Counted from the stretch's first letter, positions 9,940-21,219 are shown. The stretch: 64,000 nucleotides of DNA from Methanobacteriota archaeon (GCA_963719035.1 CAVRAO010000002.1:288001-352000), one strand, 5' to 3'. Made by a program: numbers and translations. Notes: generated by a model from the letters alone, not told the origin.

Positions 9940-10061
9940 AAATGTATGCGGCAGCCGAACGGTTGGATAAAAGTAGCCCGTTTTTACATGGTGGAGCGAG
10001 ATCTTGCTGCAATGAATCTCAACAGCTCCTGGTTTGGTAGCGCAGTTCGAATAGATAGCTC
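9940..10061 (-). pseudogene. Remnant of an unknown small-protein family (copy 2)
   Basis: Reads ELSI..PNQELL/EIHCSKISLHHVKTGYFYPTVRLPHTF with a frameshift; homologous to 1141-1206. Confidence 0.45.
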
Positions 10062-10332
10062 TGAGTAAATATCTTCGCTAGTACAGCTTGAGCTGAATTC
10101 AATTTTCTATAGGTCTCGCTAATAGTTAGCGTGCGGCAAACAACCGATAGGTTGAATAAATGTCGCTAATAGTTGTGAGGCGTTGCTCCATAAAAGGTGG
10201 ACAACTACAAGAAGCGTAAAATTAGAAGAATCACGCAAAAAAAAGATCGCCTGCAAATTTACGAACTAGAACTCAACGAGCTAGGTTATTCAGCCCTAAC
10301 TCGCCAAAATAGCGAGTCTTGACTCAGCCAAA

Positions 10333-11332
10333 CTAAAGATAGCCCAAACTATTAAGCACACGCTTTATGTCTGCACTATTCGCAAAAATAGGATCGCTTG
10401 AAACGTATGGCTTGATCTCACCCTTAGCTGCAGAGTCACGATAAAATCTTCTGACATCTGCTAATTCTTTGAAGTCTGGGGTTATAACAAACATCTCGTT
10501 AGTTTCATACGTGCGCTGTTGTTCACTTTCTGTCATCAACTGTTCTGCCAGTTTTTCTCCCGCTTTGATACCTATCATCTCGGTTTTGACCGCTCCGTAT
10601 TTATGTCCGTACTTGGGCCCTAATTCTTCTATCATAACCTTTGCGACTTCTGCAATTCGGAACAATCGCATTTTCAAAATAAAGATCTCACCCCCTCTTG
10701 CATGTTCTCCGACACTCGTAATGAGTTTAAGAGCTTGAGACATGAGAGATTCCGGGCCTGACCATATCCTCATGGGTAATTGTAACGGGGCCACCCTTCT
10801 CTATTTGTCTGCTAAACAAAGGGAGCACAGAACCACGAGAACCCATGAACGTTTCCAAATCGGACACTTGCAAATCTGGTTCCTGTATTCTGACATTGCA
10901 CATTCGCGATTGTAAGCAAGCGCTCTGCGAGGAGTTGCTTGCTCCGTAAGCTGTAGTCGTTTAACCGTTTGCCCGTACTGCTAAATATCACCTTTTTAAC
11001 ATCCTCGCGTAAGCAGGCATCAAGGACGTTTTTGTTCCTAAGATGTTCGTTTTGACAGCTTCACAAGGATTGGGCTCACATATTGGGAGATTCTTAAGCG
11101 CTGCGAGATAAAAAACGAAATCAGCGCCTTCGAAGAGGGGTTCAATCGTTTCTTTATCTCGTATATCCGCAATCAAGGTTGAAAGACTGCGATCTAAGAT
11201 CTTGCTCCAGATCGTATGCAGCCCCTCGTTGTTGTCGATCAATAGTAAATGTTGAGGGTTAAATTTCAATAGAGTCCTTACGAGTGCTGTTTCTATTGAA
11301 CCTGCCCCTCCTGTCACTAGCACGGTTTTTCA
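10333..11332 (-). pseudogene. UDP-GlcNAc 4,6-dehydratase (CapD/PseB-like polysaccharide biosynthesis protein) pseudogene
   Basis: [65 protein letters not shown] spread over several frames. Confidence 0.85.
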
Positions 11333-11479
11333 TGTAAAATTAACTTATGCCCATATTCTAATGATCAGACGTTTGTTTGCCAGAGTTCACAAAAAAGCAT
11401 GGAATACTAGACTATCAAAACAACGTCCTAAAGAAAAGAAAGCTTACAAAGCCATTAGCTGGCCGGCAAAAATCGCGTC

Positions 11480-11514
11480 AAAAAAAAGAAAGGTGGAGTG
11501 ACGAGCGTCACTCC
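11480..11514 (-). terminator. Hairpin plus T-tract terminator of the mcr operon
   Basis: Perfect inverted repeat GGAGTGACG/CGTCACTCC (11495-11514) 8 nt after the mcrA stop, followed on the minus strand by ACCTTTCTTTTTTTT. Confidence 0.75.
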
Positions 11515-11522
11515 TTTGCATT

Positions 11523-13199
11523 TTAGAACTTTCGCCCAGGTGAGACAATTCCTCTCTCACCAGCAGGCTGGAACTCTCTTAGAGCACCGCGCGCAAACTC
11601 AGCTCGTGGCTTGCTAAAGTCGAACCACAGGTTGGGGTCAGCGAAGCACACTTTGACAAGTGGGCTTACCGCAAAAGCGTCGCGGCGACCGACGTGCGCT
11701 GCCTTGGCTATACCAGCGTAACCGCCCTGGTGACCGACGTTCATGGCGTAGTTCGGATAGTTCGCACCACGGAGCTCGTCTGGCGCACCCTCGTCAGACC
11801 TGACGGAGAACGTGTTCGTTGATCCGCACTGGTCTTGCAGGTCGTAGCCGTAGAAGCCGAGTCTGCCCCACGCGTCCTTGTGTAGGAGCATAGAGAGATA
11901 CCAGGCGCTTAGTCCTGCATTTGAGTTGCCTGTAGCGATAGCGGCTGTTACACCAGAAGCAGCTGCGAGCACCGTTGCCCTCTGTGAACCGCCGAAGTGG
12001 TCCTCAAGGGTGGTCGGGTACTTCTCGTATTGCTCGATACCGTAAAGCGTAACCTCGGTACCGAGGTCGTTAACGACGTCCATCGTCGATGGTGCCGCTC
12101 CGTCCGCTCCGTACTTCTTGGCGTAGTCGTTGCCGTAGTAGCTGTAGTCGTCGAGGATGTTGTCGGTGTATGCTGCAGTTGCGTACTGCGTGAAACCAAC
12201 ACCGCCTGACATGTACGATCCAAGCCATATCTGGTCGTAGAGCATACAGCCAGCAGCGACAACCTCTAGTGATGACTTAACTGGGTCGTCGGGGAAAATC
12301 CGGTCTGTCTGTATCATGTCGGCCATGAAACCGAACGAGAGACCGCCGGGTTCGTTAGGTCCACGGGCACGGCGTGCGGGAAGCATGTTCGCCATCTCGA
12401 TGAGGCTTGCGTGCTTAGCCGCAAACGCGAGGTCTGCCACGGCCGCCTCACCGGCGCACATGTTGTACGCAGCGATGAACGACATACCGATCTGCATAGC
12501 AGACCATCTGCTCGTGTTACCGCCGTCGCACGTGCGCGAAACGATCGTCGGGATGTGCACACCCTGCCAGAGCGTCTTGCCGATTGCCTTCTTAAGTTGC
12601 TCAGCTTGCTTTGCAGGGAACAACTTGTTGATGTCGACGAGAAACGCCTTGTCGATTTCGGCAGCGAGGTCATCGTCGCCGGTGAAGACTTTTACAAAAC
12701 AGTCCTCGACAAGCGCCGGGTGAGTCTCCACCATGTGTTCTTGGACAATGGCCGCACCAGGCATGGTGTGGTTCAGCGCCTCAAGATAGCCGTTGATGGT
12801 CTCAGGGGTAACTTCCTTACCGAGTCTTCTGGTCAGCGTCTCGTGGGCCTGGTCGAGACCGACGATAACTGTACGCCTGATCTCATCCCACATCTGTTGC
12901 ATTGCGGGGTTGTTGACGTAGTGGAGGTCATCGCCTTCACACATGACGTCAGTCCCGGAGACGTTATACGGCATAAGTTGCCGCTGACCAAGCGTCATAC
13001 CACCAAGGTGCACGTTGACGTTGTACGCGGGTATTCCTCGGTCCTTCGCGATCTTTGCGCCCCATTCCTGGAACTCACGCTTGTCCTTGGACTGGATGTA
13101 GCCCTCGCGCTTATACGACGTCTTATTTGAAGTAGGATCCTCGGCGAACTTCTTCTTCATCGCATCGAGGAACATTTTCTGTGTTTTTTCAGTAGCCAT
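11523..13199 (-). CDS. mcrA: Methyl-coenzyme M reductase alpha subunit
   Basis: [78 protein letters not shown]. Confidence 0.99.
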   Translation of the reverse strand: MATEKTQKMFLDAMKKKFAEDPTSNKTSYKREGYIQSKDKREFQEWGAKIAKDRGIPAYNVNVHLGGMTLGQRQLMPYNVSGTDVMCEGDDLHYVNNPAMQQMWDEIRRTVIVGLDQAHETLTRRLGKEVTPETINGYLEALNHTMPGAAIVQEHMVETHPALVEDCFVKVFTGDDDLAAEIDKAFLVDINKLFPAKQAEQLKKAIGKTLWQGVHIPTIVSRTCDGGNTSRWSAMQIGMSFIAAYNMCAGEAAVADLAFAAKHASLIEMANMLPARRARGPNEPGGLSFGFMADMIQTDRIFPDDPVKSSLEVVAAGCMLYDQIWLGSYMSGGVGFTQYATAAYTDNILDDYSYYGNDYAKKYGADGAAPSTMDVVNDLGTEVTLYGIEQYEKYPTTLEDHFGGSQRATVLAAASGVTAAIATGNSNAGLSAWYLSMLLHKDAWGRLGFYGYDLQDQCGSTNTFSVRSDEGAPDELRGANYPNYAMNVGHQGGYAGIAKAAHVGRRDAFAVSPLVKVCFADPNLWFDFSKPRAEFARGALREFQPAGERGIVSPGRKF

Positions 13200-13214
13200 G
13201 TTATAATACCTCTC

Positions 13215-13966
13215 TTACGCTATGGGCTTGAATCCCCACATCGATCTCAGTGTGTGAATCCGCTGAATGTATGTGATCATCTCTTTGTCAGCGCGTGCTG
13301 CGTCACCGTCGACTCGATAGATCGTCGTTCTTTTCTTCAGCTCATCATCAGCCATTGGTTTGCCCATGGGAACTGCCTTGTCGAGAGGCCTTCCTACCTG
13401 GTCTTTCACAATGCTGACTGTACCGTCGGGGTTAATGACCGATCTTTGAAGCATGTCAAACATCATACCGTTCGTGTCAAGTCTCAATGAGTGACCGTGC
13501 ACAGTACAACCTCTGACGCCTGATCGCGCCGTATCAAACATCTCACTCTCGAGCAGCATCTTGCTGATCTTGTCAAGATCTCGCTCACGAGCTTCGATGA
13601 TTTGTCGGCCTGAGAGCGTACCTGGGTCAACCCCCCTAAATCGGGTTGCGGCCATCCAAGATCTTACGTACAGGTACCGGAAGGGGAGAAGTACATCGAG
13701 TCAGTAAACTGAATGTACCTAATACGATCCCCAGCGGCCGCTCCGTCGGTAGGCTTCACAAGCTCTCTCATTGGGTCTTCGGGCTCTCCCATCTCTGATA
13801 GTGGTGGGTGAGTCGATGGATAAGCTGCCCCGGGCGTGCGGTGACCTAGAATTGCCACGACGCTATCATCTGATACGTCACGGACTTTGTCCAGCGTCTT
13901 CGTCGGGTCCAGCTGTCTCCTTCTGTTTGCCGCTACCTTTGAAGTACCGGGAACAAATTGTGGCAT
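13215..13966 (-). CDS. mcrG: Methyl-coenzyme M reductase gamma subunit (frameshift at ~13670-13680, probably a sequencing error)
   Basis: MPQFVPG...GDRIRYIQFTDSMY then RFRGVDPGTLSGRQIIEARERDL, RGCTVHGHSLRLD in the next frame. Confidence 0.96.
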
Positions 13967-13973
13967 CTTTTTT

Positions 13974-14603
13974 TCAACTCCTTCGTTCTGCGCGTTTATA
14001 GTGATTGATACATTTAATGACCTCGTTGAGCTTATCACGCGTGATAGTCTCACCACGAGTCACGTTGGTTACGATTCCTACGATAGTACCGTCGGTTTGA
14101 ACGTTTTCGGGCTTCGGCATTACAATGCGCGTCTTTACCCCGATCCGGGCGAAATCCTCGTAGTCAACCTGCGTTTGACTCACCGCAATCGCCGGAATGG
14201 CGACAAAGCGCAGGATATTCCGCGCTTTGTAAATGATGTGAGTCTTCACACCCCCGAGGTGGATAACTGCAAGCTTGTGGCGAGCAATTTGTTGCACCTC
14301 CTTTGCAGCAAGGCCAAACTTCGGCCCGAGACCACGCGCACTTTCAGGTGCGTCTGCTGGGACGCCGCTTCCGGCGTTCAACACCAGCACACCGACCTGA
14401 AACCCTTCGTTTCGAAGGCCGTGCGTGATCTCGCAGATGGGCTTCGTTATGTGCCGTCTGCCGGGGGACATTCCGATCGCCACGATATCAGGTATTCCTG
14501 TCTCGGAAATGGTACCTCGTTGGGCAAGGCCTCCGCCTTTGCCCAGGCCCATTGATTCGCGGCAATCAACAATGTGTGTGGCGCGACTGACGATAAGCGT
14601 CAC
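13974..14603 (-). CDS. mcrC: MCR operon protein C (activation complex component)
   Basis: VDCRESMGLGKGGGLAQRGTISE, MSPGRRHITKPICEIT. Confidence 0.97.
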   Translation of the reverse strand: MTLIVSRATHIVDCRESMGLGKGGGLAQRGTISETGIPDIVAIGMSPGRRHITKPICEITHGLRNEGFQVGVLVLNAGSGVPADAPESARGLGPKFGLAAKEVQQIARHKLAVIHLGGVKTHIIYKARNILRFVAIPAIAVSQTQVDYEDFARIGVKTRIVMPKPENVQTDGTIVGIVTNVTRGETITRDKLNEVIKCINHYKRAERRS

Positions 14604-15085
14604 CTCTCACGGGGATAGATCGAGCAGATCTGAGATTTTGACTTCGGATCTGTCATGCCAAGCGCTTTCGTGTCCCTGATTACGCCCCATTTAGCGTAAT
14701 CGGTCTGTGTCGGACGTGTTCTCATAAACAAGCCACGGTTTATTTGGAAACCGCACGGAAGGGTGCGTCTGCACGCCTCCTCGACCTGTTCGATTACGTC
14801 CTCATCCTCAAGTTCAAGCCAAATCCTACCAACCTGAACCCCAAGCTCTACATCCTGTTGCCCCACTTGAATGTGTTTGCGCGCTGCGTGCACGTTCGGC
14901 GTTCCCTTAGCTGGCCCTGTCGGCACAGTGGAAGCGATCCGAGGGCCGTGCAATATCAAGCGCGTTATACCATTGATCTTGGCAAATTCTGTAAGCAACT
15001 TCTCAACCATGTCTGGGCTAAGAAATCGTTCAGTGAAAACCTCTATTTGAACAGGCATGTTCGTGTCGGGGACATTCGTATCCAT
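14600..15085 (-). CDS. mcrD: MCR operon protein D (F430 delivery chaperone)
   Basis: QIEVF.ER.L, HGPRI..TVP.GPAKG, VGRIWLE, PTQTDYAK.G; located between mcrB and mcrC. Confidence 0.95.
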   Translation of the reverse strand: MDTNVPDTNMPVQIEVFTERFLSPDMVEKLLTEFAKINGITRLILHGPRIASTVPTGPAKGTPNVHAARKHIQVGQQDVELGVQVGRIWLELEDEDVIEQVEEACRRTLPCGFQINRGLFMRTRPTQTDYAKWGVIRDTKALGMTDPKSKSQICSIYPRER

Positions 15086-15118
15086 TATGTATCGTAAACC
15101 TCCGCGCAATTTACGTAA

Positions 15119-16442
15119 CTACATTCCCTCCGCTGCTTTGGCAACAGCAGTGATTGGGTCTTTGAATTCTGGTATCTCGCCGTACACTATGCCGATGAGC
15201 TTTGACGTTGCCTCTACAGAGAACATCTGTGTCCCCGCGTCAATTGACACGGCTGCTGCAACGCATGGAATCGCAAAGCCCTTAGAGTGTCTCGTCACGA
15301 TGTGGTTCCCATTGAACACACCAGGTCCGCCGCCGCCGTAGATCGAGTGGCTGAAGAACGAGAACCCGACCGCCGTACCCATAACCTTACCGAAGTCACA
15401 GCCGGGGAGTCCCGTCTCGTGCTCGATCAGGTCGTTTGCGTAAAGCAGCGTTGACGAAACCGCTTGTGCGCCTCGAGCCGCACCACAGTTCACAATGGTC
15501 GCGGCGAGTGTGCCGGCAGCGCAATAGGCGTTCCAGGCTGCGACGTCGTCAGTCTTCATCGCCTTAAAGCCAGAAGGCCAGGTCGTATCTTCTTTAATGA
15601 CACCGGCTGCCTTTGCCTTTTCAACGGTCGACGCAACTACTGAGCCGATAGTGCCGTCTTGCCCGTTCTCTTTAACGAGAGAGTAGAGCACGTTGTTCGC
15701 GTTTAACCCCTGCATCGCAAGTCCGCAGAGCTGCAAACGCTCGTTCCAGCCAATAGCGTCACCCATCTCCCAGACACCCGCCTGTTCGAATATCGATGAC
15801 AGCGCAGACGCGTTCATCGTCCGCTTGCCAGTGGCAGCTGCAACGTGGTTAACCGCTACATTTCGCAGTGAGTAACCGTACCCTTCATCTTTCTGCGGGG
15901 TCTCGAGCATGGATTTCACCATACCGCCCACGGCGTCGAGAGTCTGTGGGTACTCTCCCCAAATGGCCGCCTTAACCATCGGCGCATTGGAACATGTCCA
16001 CCTTGAACATGTCGATAATCGCCTGCGTTAGGGCGCTGCTTGTTGCAGTGGTTCCCGCGACATAGGTGGCTCCAGCTTCGAGACGTGCTGTCGGTATTTG
16101 AACCATAAGCTGCTTTCCGCCGCCTAGGGGCTTGACGACCGTGTCGTCGCCCGCACTTACCATTATGAGGTCCTTGACCTGCTTCGCAAGAGCGTCGGCG
16201 TTGCCTACGAGATCCAGGTTCAACTCGCGACCGAGTATCTGTCTACCCTTGCCGCCCATTTTGCCGGTCATCAAAGCGTTTTGGGTACCCTCAAGATTAA
16301 CGGCCACCGTTCTTAAGGTGGTGTTGATAATCTTCTTGATAGCCGGGTTCACCATCGGGCTGAGAGCCTCGAGTGGTATGTTGGAACCTACCTTTTGACC
16401 TCTGTCGTTATGTAAATCGACTTTGTCTTCAAATTTTGGCAT
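15119..16442 (-). CDS. mcrB: Methyl-coenzyme M reductase beta subunit (one extra base at ~15990, probably a sequencing error)
   Basis: [17 protein letters not shown]; removing one C gives [16 protein letters not shown]; [30 protein letters not shown]. Confidence 0.97.
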
Positions 16443-16604
16443 TCTATCCCTCCACGGGGTCAACTACCACACGAACAAAGCTGTATGCTGTAGACCAGGA
16501 CTGAAGAATAACTGAATACAACTTGATTGAAAAAAAGATGACAAGTTGTATGTTTCACCTAGCATGGAGCGTACCCCGGGTTTACCTTAAAATCAATTTC
16601 ATAG

Positions 16605-16620
16605 TTTATTAAGCTTGTGC
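16605..16620 (-). promoter_or_regulatory. Putative BRE/TATA of the mcrBDCGA operon
   Basis: Minus strand GCACAAGCTTAATAAA about 165 nt upstream of the mcrB ATG, in an AT-rich divergent intergenic region; other TATA-like palindromes at 16700-16711 and 16725-16735. Confidence 0.4.
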
Positions 16621-16754
16621 TGGAAAACAGCGGAGCGACAAAGAAATATTTTTTGCGAATATTTTTGAAAAAAAAACCGTCAATAATTTTATTTTATTTT
16701 TTTTATAAAAATGTAGCTAATACCGTTTTATAAACCCAACGGCCGTAAATCACT

Positions 16755-16768
16755 CAAAAGTTATATAT
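16755..16768 (+). promoter_or_regulatory. Putative BRE/TATA for mfnB
   Basis: CAAAAG-TTATATAT about 30 nt before the ATG at 16798. Confidence 0.6.
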
Positions 16769-16797
16769 ATGTAGCCAATCTCATCTCGCCTTTGCGT

Positions 16798-17511
16798 ATG
16801 AAGGTATTAATAAGTCCCAAAGACGAATTTGAGGCGAAAGCGGCAGTCGATGGCGGAGCAGACATCATAGACGTTAAAAACCCAGATGAAGGATCGCTCG
16901 GCGCCAACTTTCCGTGGGTAATACGACAGATTCGGAGTCTTGTACCTCACTCCATAGAGGTGAGCGCAACGATCGGTGATTTTCCGCATCTCCCAGGCTC
17001 TGCCTCGCTGGCTGCACTAGGCGCAGCTGTGTCTGGGGCTAATTACGTCAAAGTAGGACTTAAAGGGTCAAAAACACGAGACGAGGCGATTTTTTTAATG
17101 CAGCACGTAACGAGAACGGTGAAGGAATACGACAGTAAAACCAAAGTCGTTCTCGCAGGGTACGCAGACTATCTCAGAGCAGCGACTCTCGATCCCTTTC
17201 TGCTGCCTGAAGTTGCCCGCCGTGCTGGCTGTGACGTCGTGATGGTCGATACGTTCATCAAGGATGGAAAAAGCCTGTTTGATTTCATGGACGAAGCTGC
17301 TTGCAAGCACTTTATCGATGAGGGGCACAGACAAGACTTGAGCGTTGCCCTTGCAGGATCCATCAAACTGCCTGAGATCCCTATATTAAAACGTATAGGT
17401 GTTGACATCGTTGGAATTCGAGGCGCAGCGTGCTCACACGGCGACCGTTTAACCGGAACGATACAGACCGAAAACGTCAGGGCTCTAATGGACCTCGCGA
17501 GACAATCGTGA
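16798..17511 (+). CDS. mfnB: 4-HFC-P synthase ((5-formylfuran-3-yl)methyl phosphate synthase), methanofuran biosynthesis
   Basis: LISP, GGADIIDVKNPDEGSLGANFPWVI, VSATIGD, MVDTFIKDG, ALAGS, DIVGIRGAAC. Confidence 0.95.
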   Translation: MKVLISPKDEFEAKAAVDGGADIIDVKNPDEGSLGANFPWVIRQIRSLVPHSIEVSATIGDFPHLPGSASLAALGAAVSGANYVKVGLKGSKTRDEAIFLMQHVTRTVKEYDSKTKVVLAGYADYLRAATLDPFLLPEVARRAGCDVVMVDTFIKDGKSLFDFMDEAACKHFIDEGHRQDLSVALAGSIKLPEIPILKRIGVDIVGIRGAACSHGDRLTGTIQTENVRALMDLARQS

Positions 17512-17587
17512 TGCCCGCTGACAAAAGCTAGCTGCCATCTGTTGTCGCCTCGAAAACTATTACTTTTCACGCTGCCATGTTCGTGAT

Positions 17588-18259
17588 ATGAGTATAGACT
17601 ACACAGCTTTGTCAGACAAACTCACGAGTGTTTTAGGTCTAAAAGGCTCACCCGTGGCGGTCAAACTAATTCGAACGGAATCAAGCCTTCCAAAAGGGCT
17701 GAGTCATACAAACGAGGTACTGCGCCATTGTGAAATGGTGCAGAAAGCGCGACGCGGTTTTAAATTCTACGCAACAGTCGAACAGCACGCATGCAAGGGC
17801 GGCGCCGGGATGCTCGGAGTAATCGATATACCAGAGAACATCAAATCCGGCGAATTTTACTACAAACTAGGAAGATTCTCTTCAATTGAACACGCGGCAG
17901 AGACCATGCAAGGTATTCCCCGCGTCGATTTCAAAACCTATGCGACAGCTTACTCGCCACTCGCTGAGACCCCTTTTGACCCTGACGTGGTCGTGCTCCT
18001 CGTTACCCCCCACCAAGCGATGATGATCGCGCAAGCGAACGTTTACGAATTACATTCGAGAAATACTGCCGATTTTTCGGGAATTCAATCGATATGTGGC
18101 GATGCGGTCGCTGCGCCCCTTATGAGAGATACCGTAAACTTCACGCTCGGCTGCTCAGGTTCTCGAAAATACGCAAAGGTCAGCGAAGATGAACTGATCG
18201 TCGGCATTCCTATGAAGATCCTCTCCAAATTGGCTGATGCACTCCAAAAACTGACCTAA
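17588..18259 (+). CDS. DUF169 family protein
   Basis: LGLKGSPVAVK, RHCEMV, HACKGG, PDVV, GIQSICGD, TLGCSGSR, EDELIVGIP. Confidence 0.9.
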   Translation: MSIDYTALSDKLTSVLGLKGSPVAVKLIRTESSLPKGLSHTNEVLRHCEMVQKARRGFKFYATVEQHACKGGAGMLGVIDIPENIKSGEFYYKLGRFSSIEHAAETMQGIPRVDFKTYATAYSPLAETPFDPDVVVLLVTPHQAMMIAQANVYELHSRNTADFSGIQSICGDAVAAPLMRDTVNFTLGCSGSRKYAKVSEDELIVGIPMKILSKLADALQKLT

Positions 18260-18350
18260 CTGGCGTATTTGAGCTCAATGCGCCATGTTAGGTGAGCTGC
18301 ACCGTTAAATATCAAAAGAACAATTCGCACACACTAGTCGGAGGAATATC

Positions 18351-18743
18351 ATGGAAGAAAACTTTGGGGTTCTCGTACTAGGTCACGGGAGCAAGTTAAC
18401 CTACAACAAAAGTACCGTAGAAGCTGTGGCAAACATGCTTGCAGAAAGAATGAACGACGCTATCATAAAAACCGCATATCTCAACATGGATAGCCCAACC
18501 GTTGAGGAAGGGATCAAAAGTTTTGCTTCTACTAGCGTCAAAACGCTTTACGTGCTTCCGCTTTTTCTCGCTCACGGGACTCACACCTTAAAGGATATCC
18601 CTGAGATTCTCGGATTGTCAGACGGCCAACGGCGAACCACGCATTCGTTCGACGATAGAATTGTCGACGTTGTCTATGCAGAGCCACTTGGCATCGATCC
18701 TTGTATCGCTGATTTGGCGCTTAAAAGGCTTAAAGAGGCCTAA
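18351..18743 (+). CDS. cfbA: Sirohydrochlorin nickelochelatase (CbiX-S type)
   Basis: LGHGS and PLFLAHGTHTLKDIP motifs; 130 aa; first gene of the cfb cluster. Confidence 0.92.
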   Translation: MEENFGVLVLGHGSKLTYNKSTVEAVANMLAERMNDAIIKTAYLNMDSPTVEEGIKSFASTSVKTLYVLPLFLAHGTHTLKDIPEILGLSDGQRRTTHSFDDRIVDVVYAEPLGIDPCIADLALKRLKEA

Positions 18744-18750
18744 ATCCCTC

Positions 18751-20058
18751 ATGGACTTCAGCGGCAAAAAAGTAGCCGTTTTAGACACAATTCACGGCGC
18801 GAACGAGATCTGCAAAAAACTGCGCGAAATTGGATCAGCCGCAATTGCGATCAATATCTATCACAACACGCCAACACCTGACGTGATCGACTCCTTTGAC
18901 GTGGTCATAACACCCGTTCATGCCCACACTGCGCTCGTAGCACGCGCTCAAGCTTTGGATATCCCTGTGTTGACACACCACCAAGCCGTGGGCCAGCTCG
19001 TGCGACAAACTGAAGTGTTGCGTGACGCTCTCGTGTTTGAAGTGACCGGCGTCAAAGGAAAAACGTCGACTGCAGCGCTTTTGAGTAACGTTTACGCGGA
19101 TCGAAAGCTGCTTACGCTGACGAGTCTCGGACTCGAAGTTTCTGAAAATGGGCGATATATCGCAAAGAAACGGCTGAGCATTACCCCCGCAAGCATATTG
19201 ACTGCTATAGACCTTGCCAAGGAGTTCGACTTCGATCCCGAGGTGTATATCTTTGAGGTGTCGCTTGGTGGAACCGGGCTTGCCGATATGAACATCATTA
19301 CGACGTTGTTGCCGGAGTACGAGATTGCACAACACACAAAAACTTCAACGTTAGCAAAATTACAGATGATAACAAACGCTAAAGAGAGTTCGTGCCTCAT
19401 CGCCCCTACTAAAGCAGCACCCCTCATAAAACATAACTGCTGCCTCAATACCTTCGGCGATAGTAGCGCAAACGTACGATATGAGAGTACAAGAAGCAAC
19501 GAAGCGACGATAGCATACTCCGATTTAGAGCGTATGGATGGAAGTTTGGCATCGGGGGAGCTACACTTTGCCCTTTCCGGTTACTTTGACTTTAAGAGTT
19601 ATGAAAACTCCCTCCTGTCTTTCACGGCTGCAGCACTGTCGGCGAACCTTAGTCCTGAAACGATTAGCAGTCAGCTATCGCACTTCAAGGGAGTATTAGG
19701 GAGAATGGCTGCAGCAACATTAAACGGACGATTCCTGATCGACAACTCAAATTCTGGCCTCGACGAACTGTCTATTAAACAAGCAATACAGTACGGACTT
19801 ACGTTCAAGAAAGCGGGCCATAAAGTTGTCTTAATCATCGGCATGGAGGCAAACGTCTGTGAAGGTATAGCTACAGAAACCCTCATATCGCTTACTGAAA
19901 GTGATGCACTCGACCACGTTGTCTTCGTTAGCGATCAAGTACAAACTTTAAGAGAGGGTATCGTCCAAACGAATAACCTAGAGAGCGCATTACGTAAGGC
20001 TCTCGAACTGACCAACGCCAATGACGTCATTATTTCGTGTGTAAAAATGTGGAGGTAG
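18751..20058 (+). CDS. cfbE: Coenzyme F430 synthase (Mur ligase-like)
   Basis: [53 protein letters not shown]. Confidence 0.95.
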   Translation: MDFSGKKVAVLDTIHGANEICKKLREIGSAAIAINIYHNTPTPDVIDSFDVVITPVHAHTALVARAQALDIPVLTHHQAVGQLVRQTEVLRDALVFEVTGVKGKTSTAALLSNVYADRKLLTLTSLGLEVSENGRYIAKKRLSITPASILTAIDLAKEFDFDPEVYIFEVSLGGTGLADMNIITTLLPEYEIAQHTKTSTLAKLQMITNAKESSCLIAPTKAAPLIKHNCCLNTFGDSSANVRYESTRSNEATIAYSDLERMDGSLASGELHFALSGYFDFKSYENSLLSFTAAALSANLSPETISSQLSHFKGVLGRMAAATLNGRFLIDNSNSGLDELSIKQAIQYGLTFKKAGHKVVLIIGMEANVCEGIATETLISLTESDALDHVVFVSDQVQTLREGIVQTNNLESALRKALELTNANDVIISCVKMWR

Positions 20059-20064
20059 CATAAA

Positions 20065-21219
20065 GTGTCATCAAAAACGCACGGAGCAGACACAATTGCT
20101 GAGCAGGTTATCCATCCTAGACCGAGCTCGATCGTCGCCGCGCTGTATACCCTAAGAGATCTAGAAGCTGATGTCGTTATCATACACGGGCCATCAGGCT
20201 GTTGCTTCAAGCATAGCCGACTCCTCGAGGAGGACGGGATTCACGTTATCACGACAGCAATGGATGAAACTAATTTCGTATTCGGAGGCGACAAAATCCT
20301 TGCAAGGGTGATAACGCGAGCAGTGGAGCTGTTCAATCCAAATCTTATGGGTGTGATCGGCTCGTGTGCGAGCATGATAATTGGCGAAGATATCCATCAG
20401 GCTGTGCACGACGCAAGCCCCCCCTGCCCTGTAATAGAAGTTGAGATTCACGCCGGGTACAGAGATAATACTTATGGCGCCATCGCGACGCTCGCCGCAG
20501 CGGTTCAAGCAGGGGTGATCGATCATGCTGAATATCAACGACAAAAGGAGCTACTCGTCGAAGCGACCAATCTGGAAAAAATGGCTGGAGTGGCTAGCAA
20601 AGAGTACATCCCCCCTTCGCGCGGTGACATCAAATACGTGACTGCTAAGAAGTTGCTCGAGCTTTTAGAAAACAAAAAGAAAGGGCTTATCGTTTTAAAT
20701 GCTAAAAAAGAGACCGCATATCAATTTGTTGACGTTCTGGTCGCGCTCACAACCGTTGCAAGCGACGTAGGCAATGAATGCCTCAAGACTTTTGCCAATC
20801 TCGACGTTGACGTTGGATTGCCGAGACTAAGAAAGCACGCAGAGAATATTTTAAAAGACTTAGCAGCAAGCGACGTTTCCATCGACTACATCACAGGTGG
20901 ATTGGACGAGTATCCCGTCACGGGGGTTCGTGCCGGACGCTTGATTGAAGAGCACTACAGCGACTATGACTTTGCGGTCCTACTGGGCGTTCCACACGCC
21001 GTTCCAATGAAGAATTTAGGTCAGAAAACAATTTTTTCAGTCACCAATGGACCTCGACAAGTTGAGCCCCTAAAACAACTTGGTCACGCGCACGTTACGG
21101 TCGAGATAGACCTACATCCAAAAACGCTCGGTGTAAGTCACATCGTGCCATCAGAACTTGGAGACACTTTGCGTGCAGTGTTTTTAGAAGAGCGCGAAAA
21201 AACCACACAAACGGAGTGA
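20065..21219 (+). CDS. cfbD: Ni-sirohydrochlorin a,c-diamide reductive cyclase, catalytic subunit (NflD)
   Basis: [65 protein letters not shown]. Confidence 0.97.
   Translation: MSSKTHGADTIAEQVIHPRPSSIVAALYTLRDLEADVVIIHGPSGCCFKHSRLLEEDGIHVITTAMDETNFVFGGDKILARVITRAVELFNPNLMGVIGSCASMIIGEDIHQAVHDASPPCPVIEVEIHAGYRDNTYGAIATLAAAVQAGVIDHAEYQRQKELLVEATNLEKMAGVASKEYIPPSRGDIKYVTAKKLLELLENKKKGLIVLNAKKETAYQFVDVLVALTTVASDVGNECLKTFANLDVDVGLPRLRKHAENILKDLAASDVSIDYITGGLDEYPVTGVRAGRLIEEHYSDYDFAVLLGVPHAVPMKNLGQKTIFSVTNGPRQVEPLKQLGHAHVTVEIDLHPKTLGVSHIVPSELGDTLRAVFLEEREKTTQTE

Noticed and set aside
13660-15995. Programmed ribosomal frameshifting in mcrG/mcrB
   Set aside because: No slippery heptamer or stimulatory structure seen; the same indel pattern affects unrelated genes
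11523-16442. Alkyl-CoM reductase (alkane-activating) interpretation of the mcr operon
   Set aside because: Active-site aromatic residues (GFTQY, GFYGY, beta SIYGGGG) are canonical, there are no large insertions, and the mcrBDCGA order is standard
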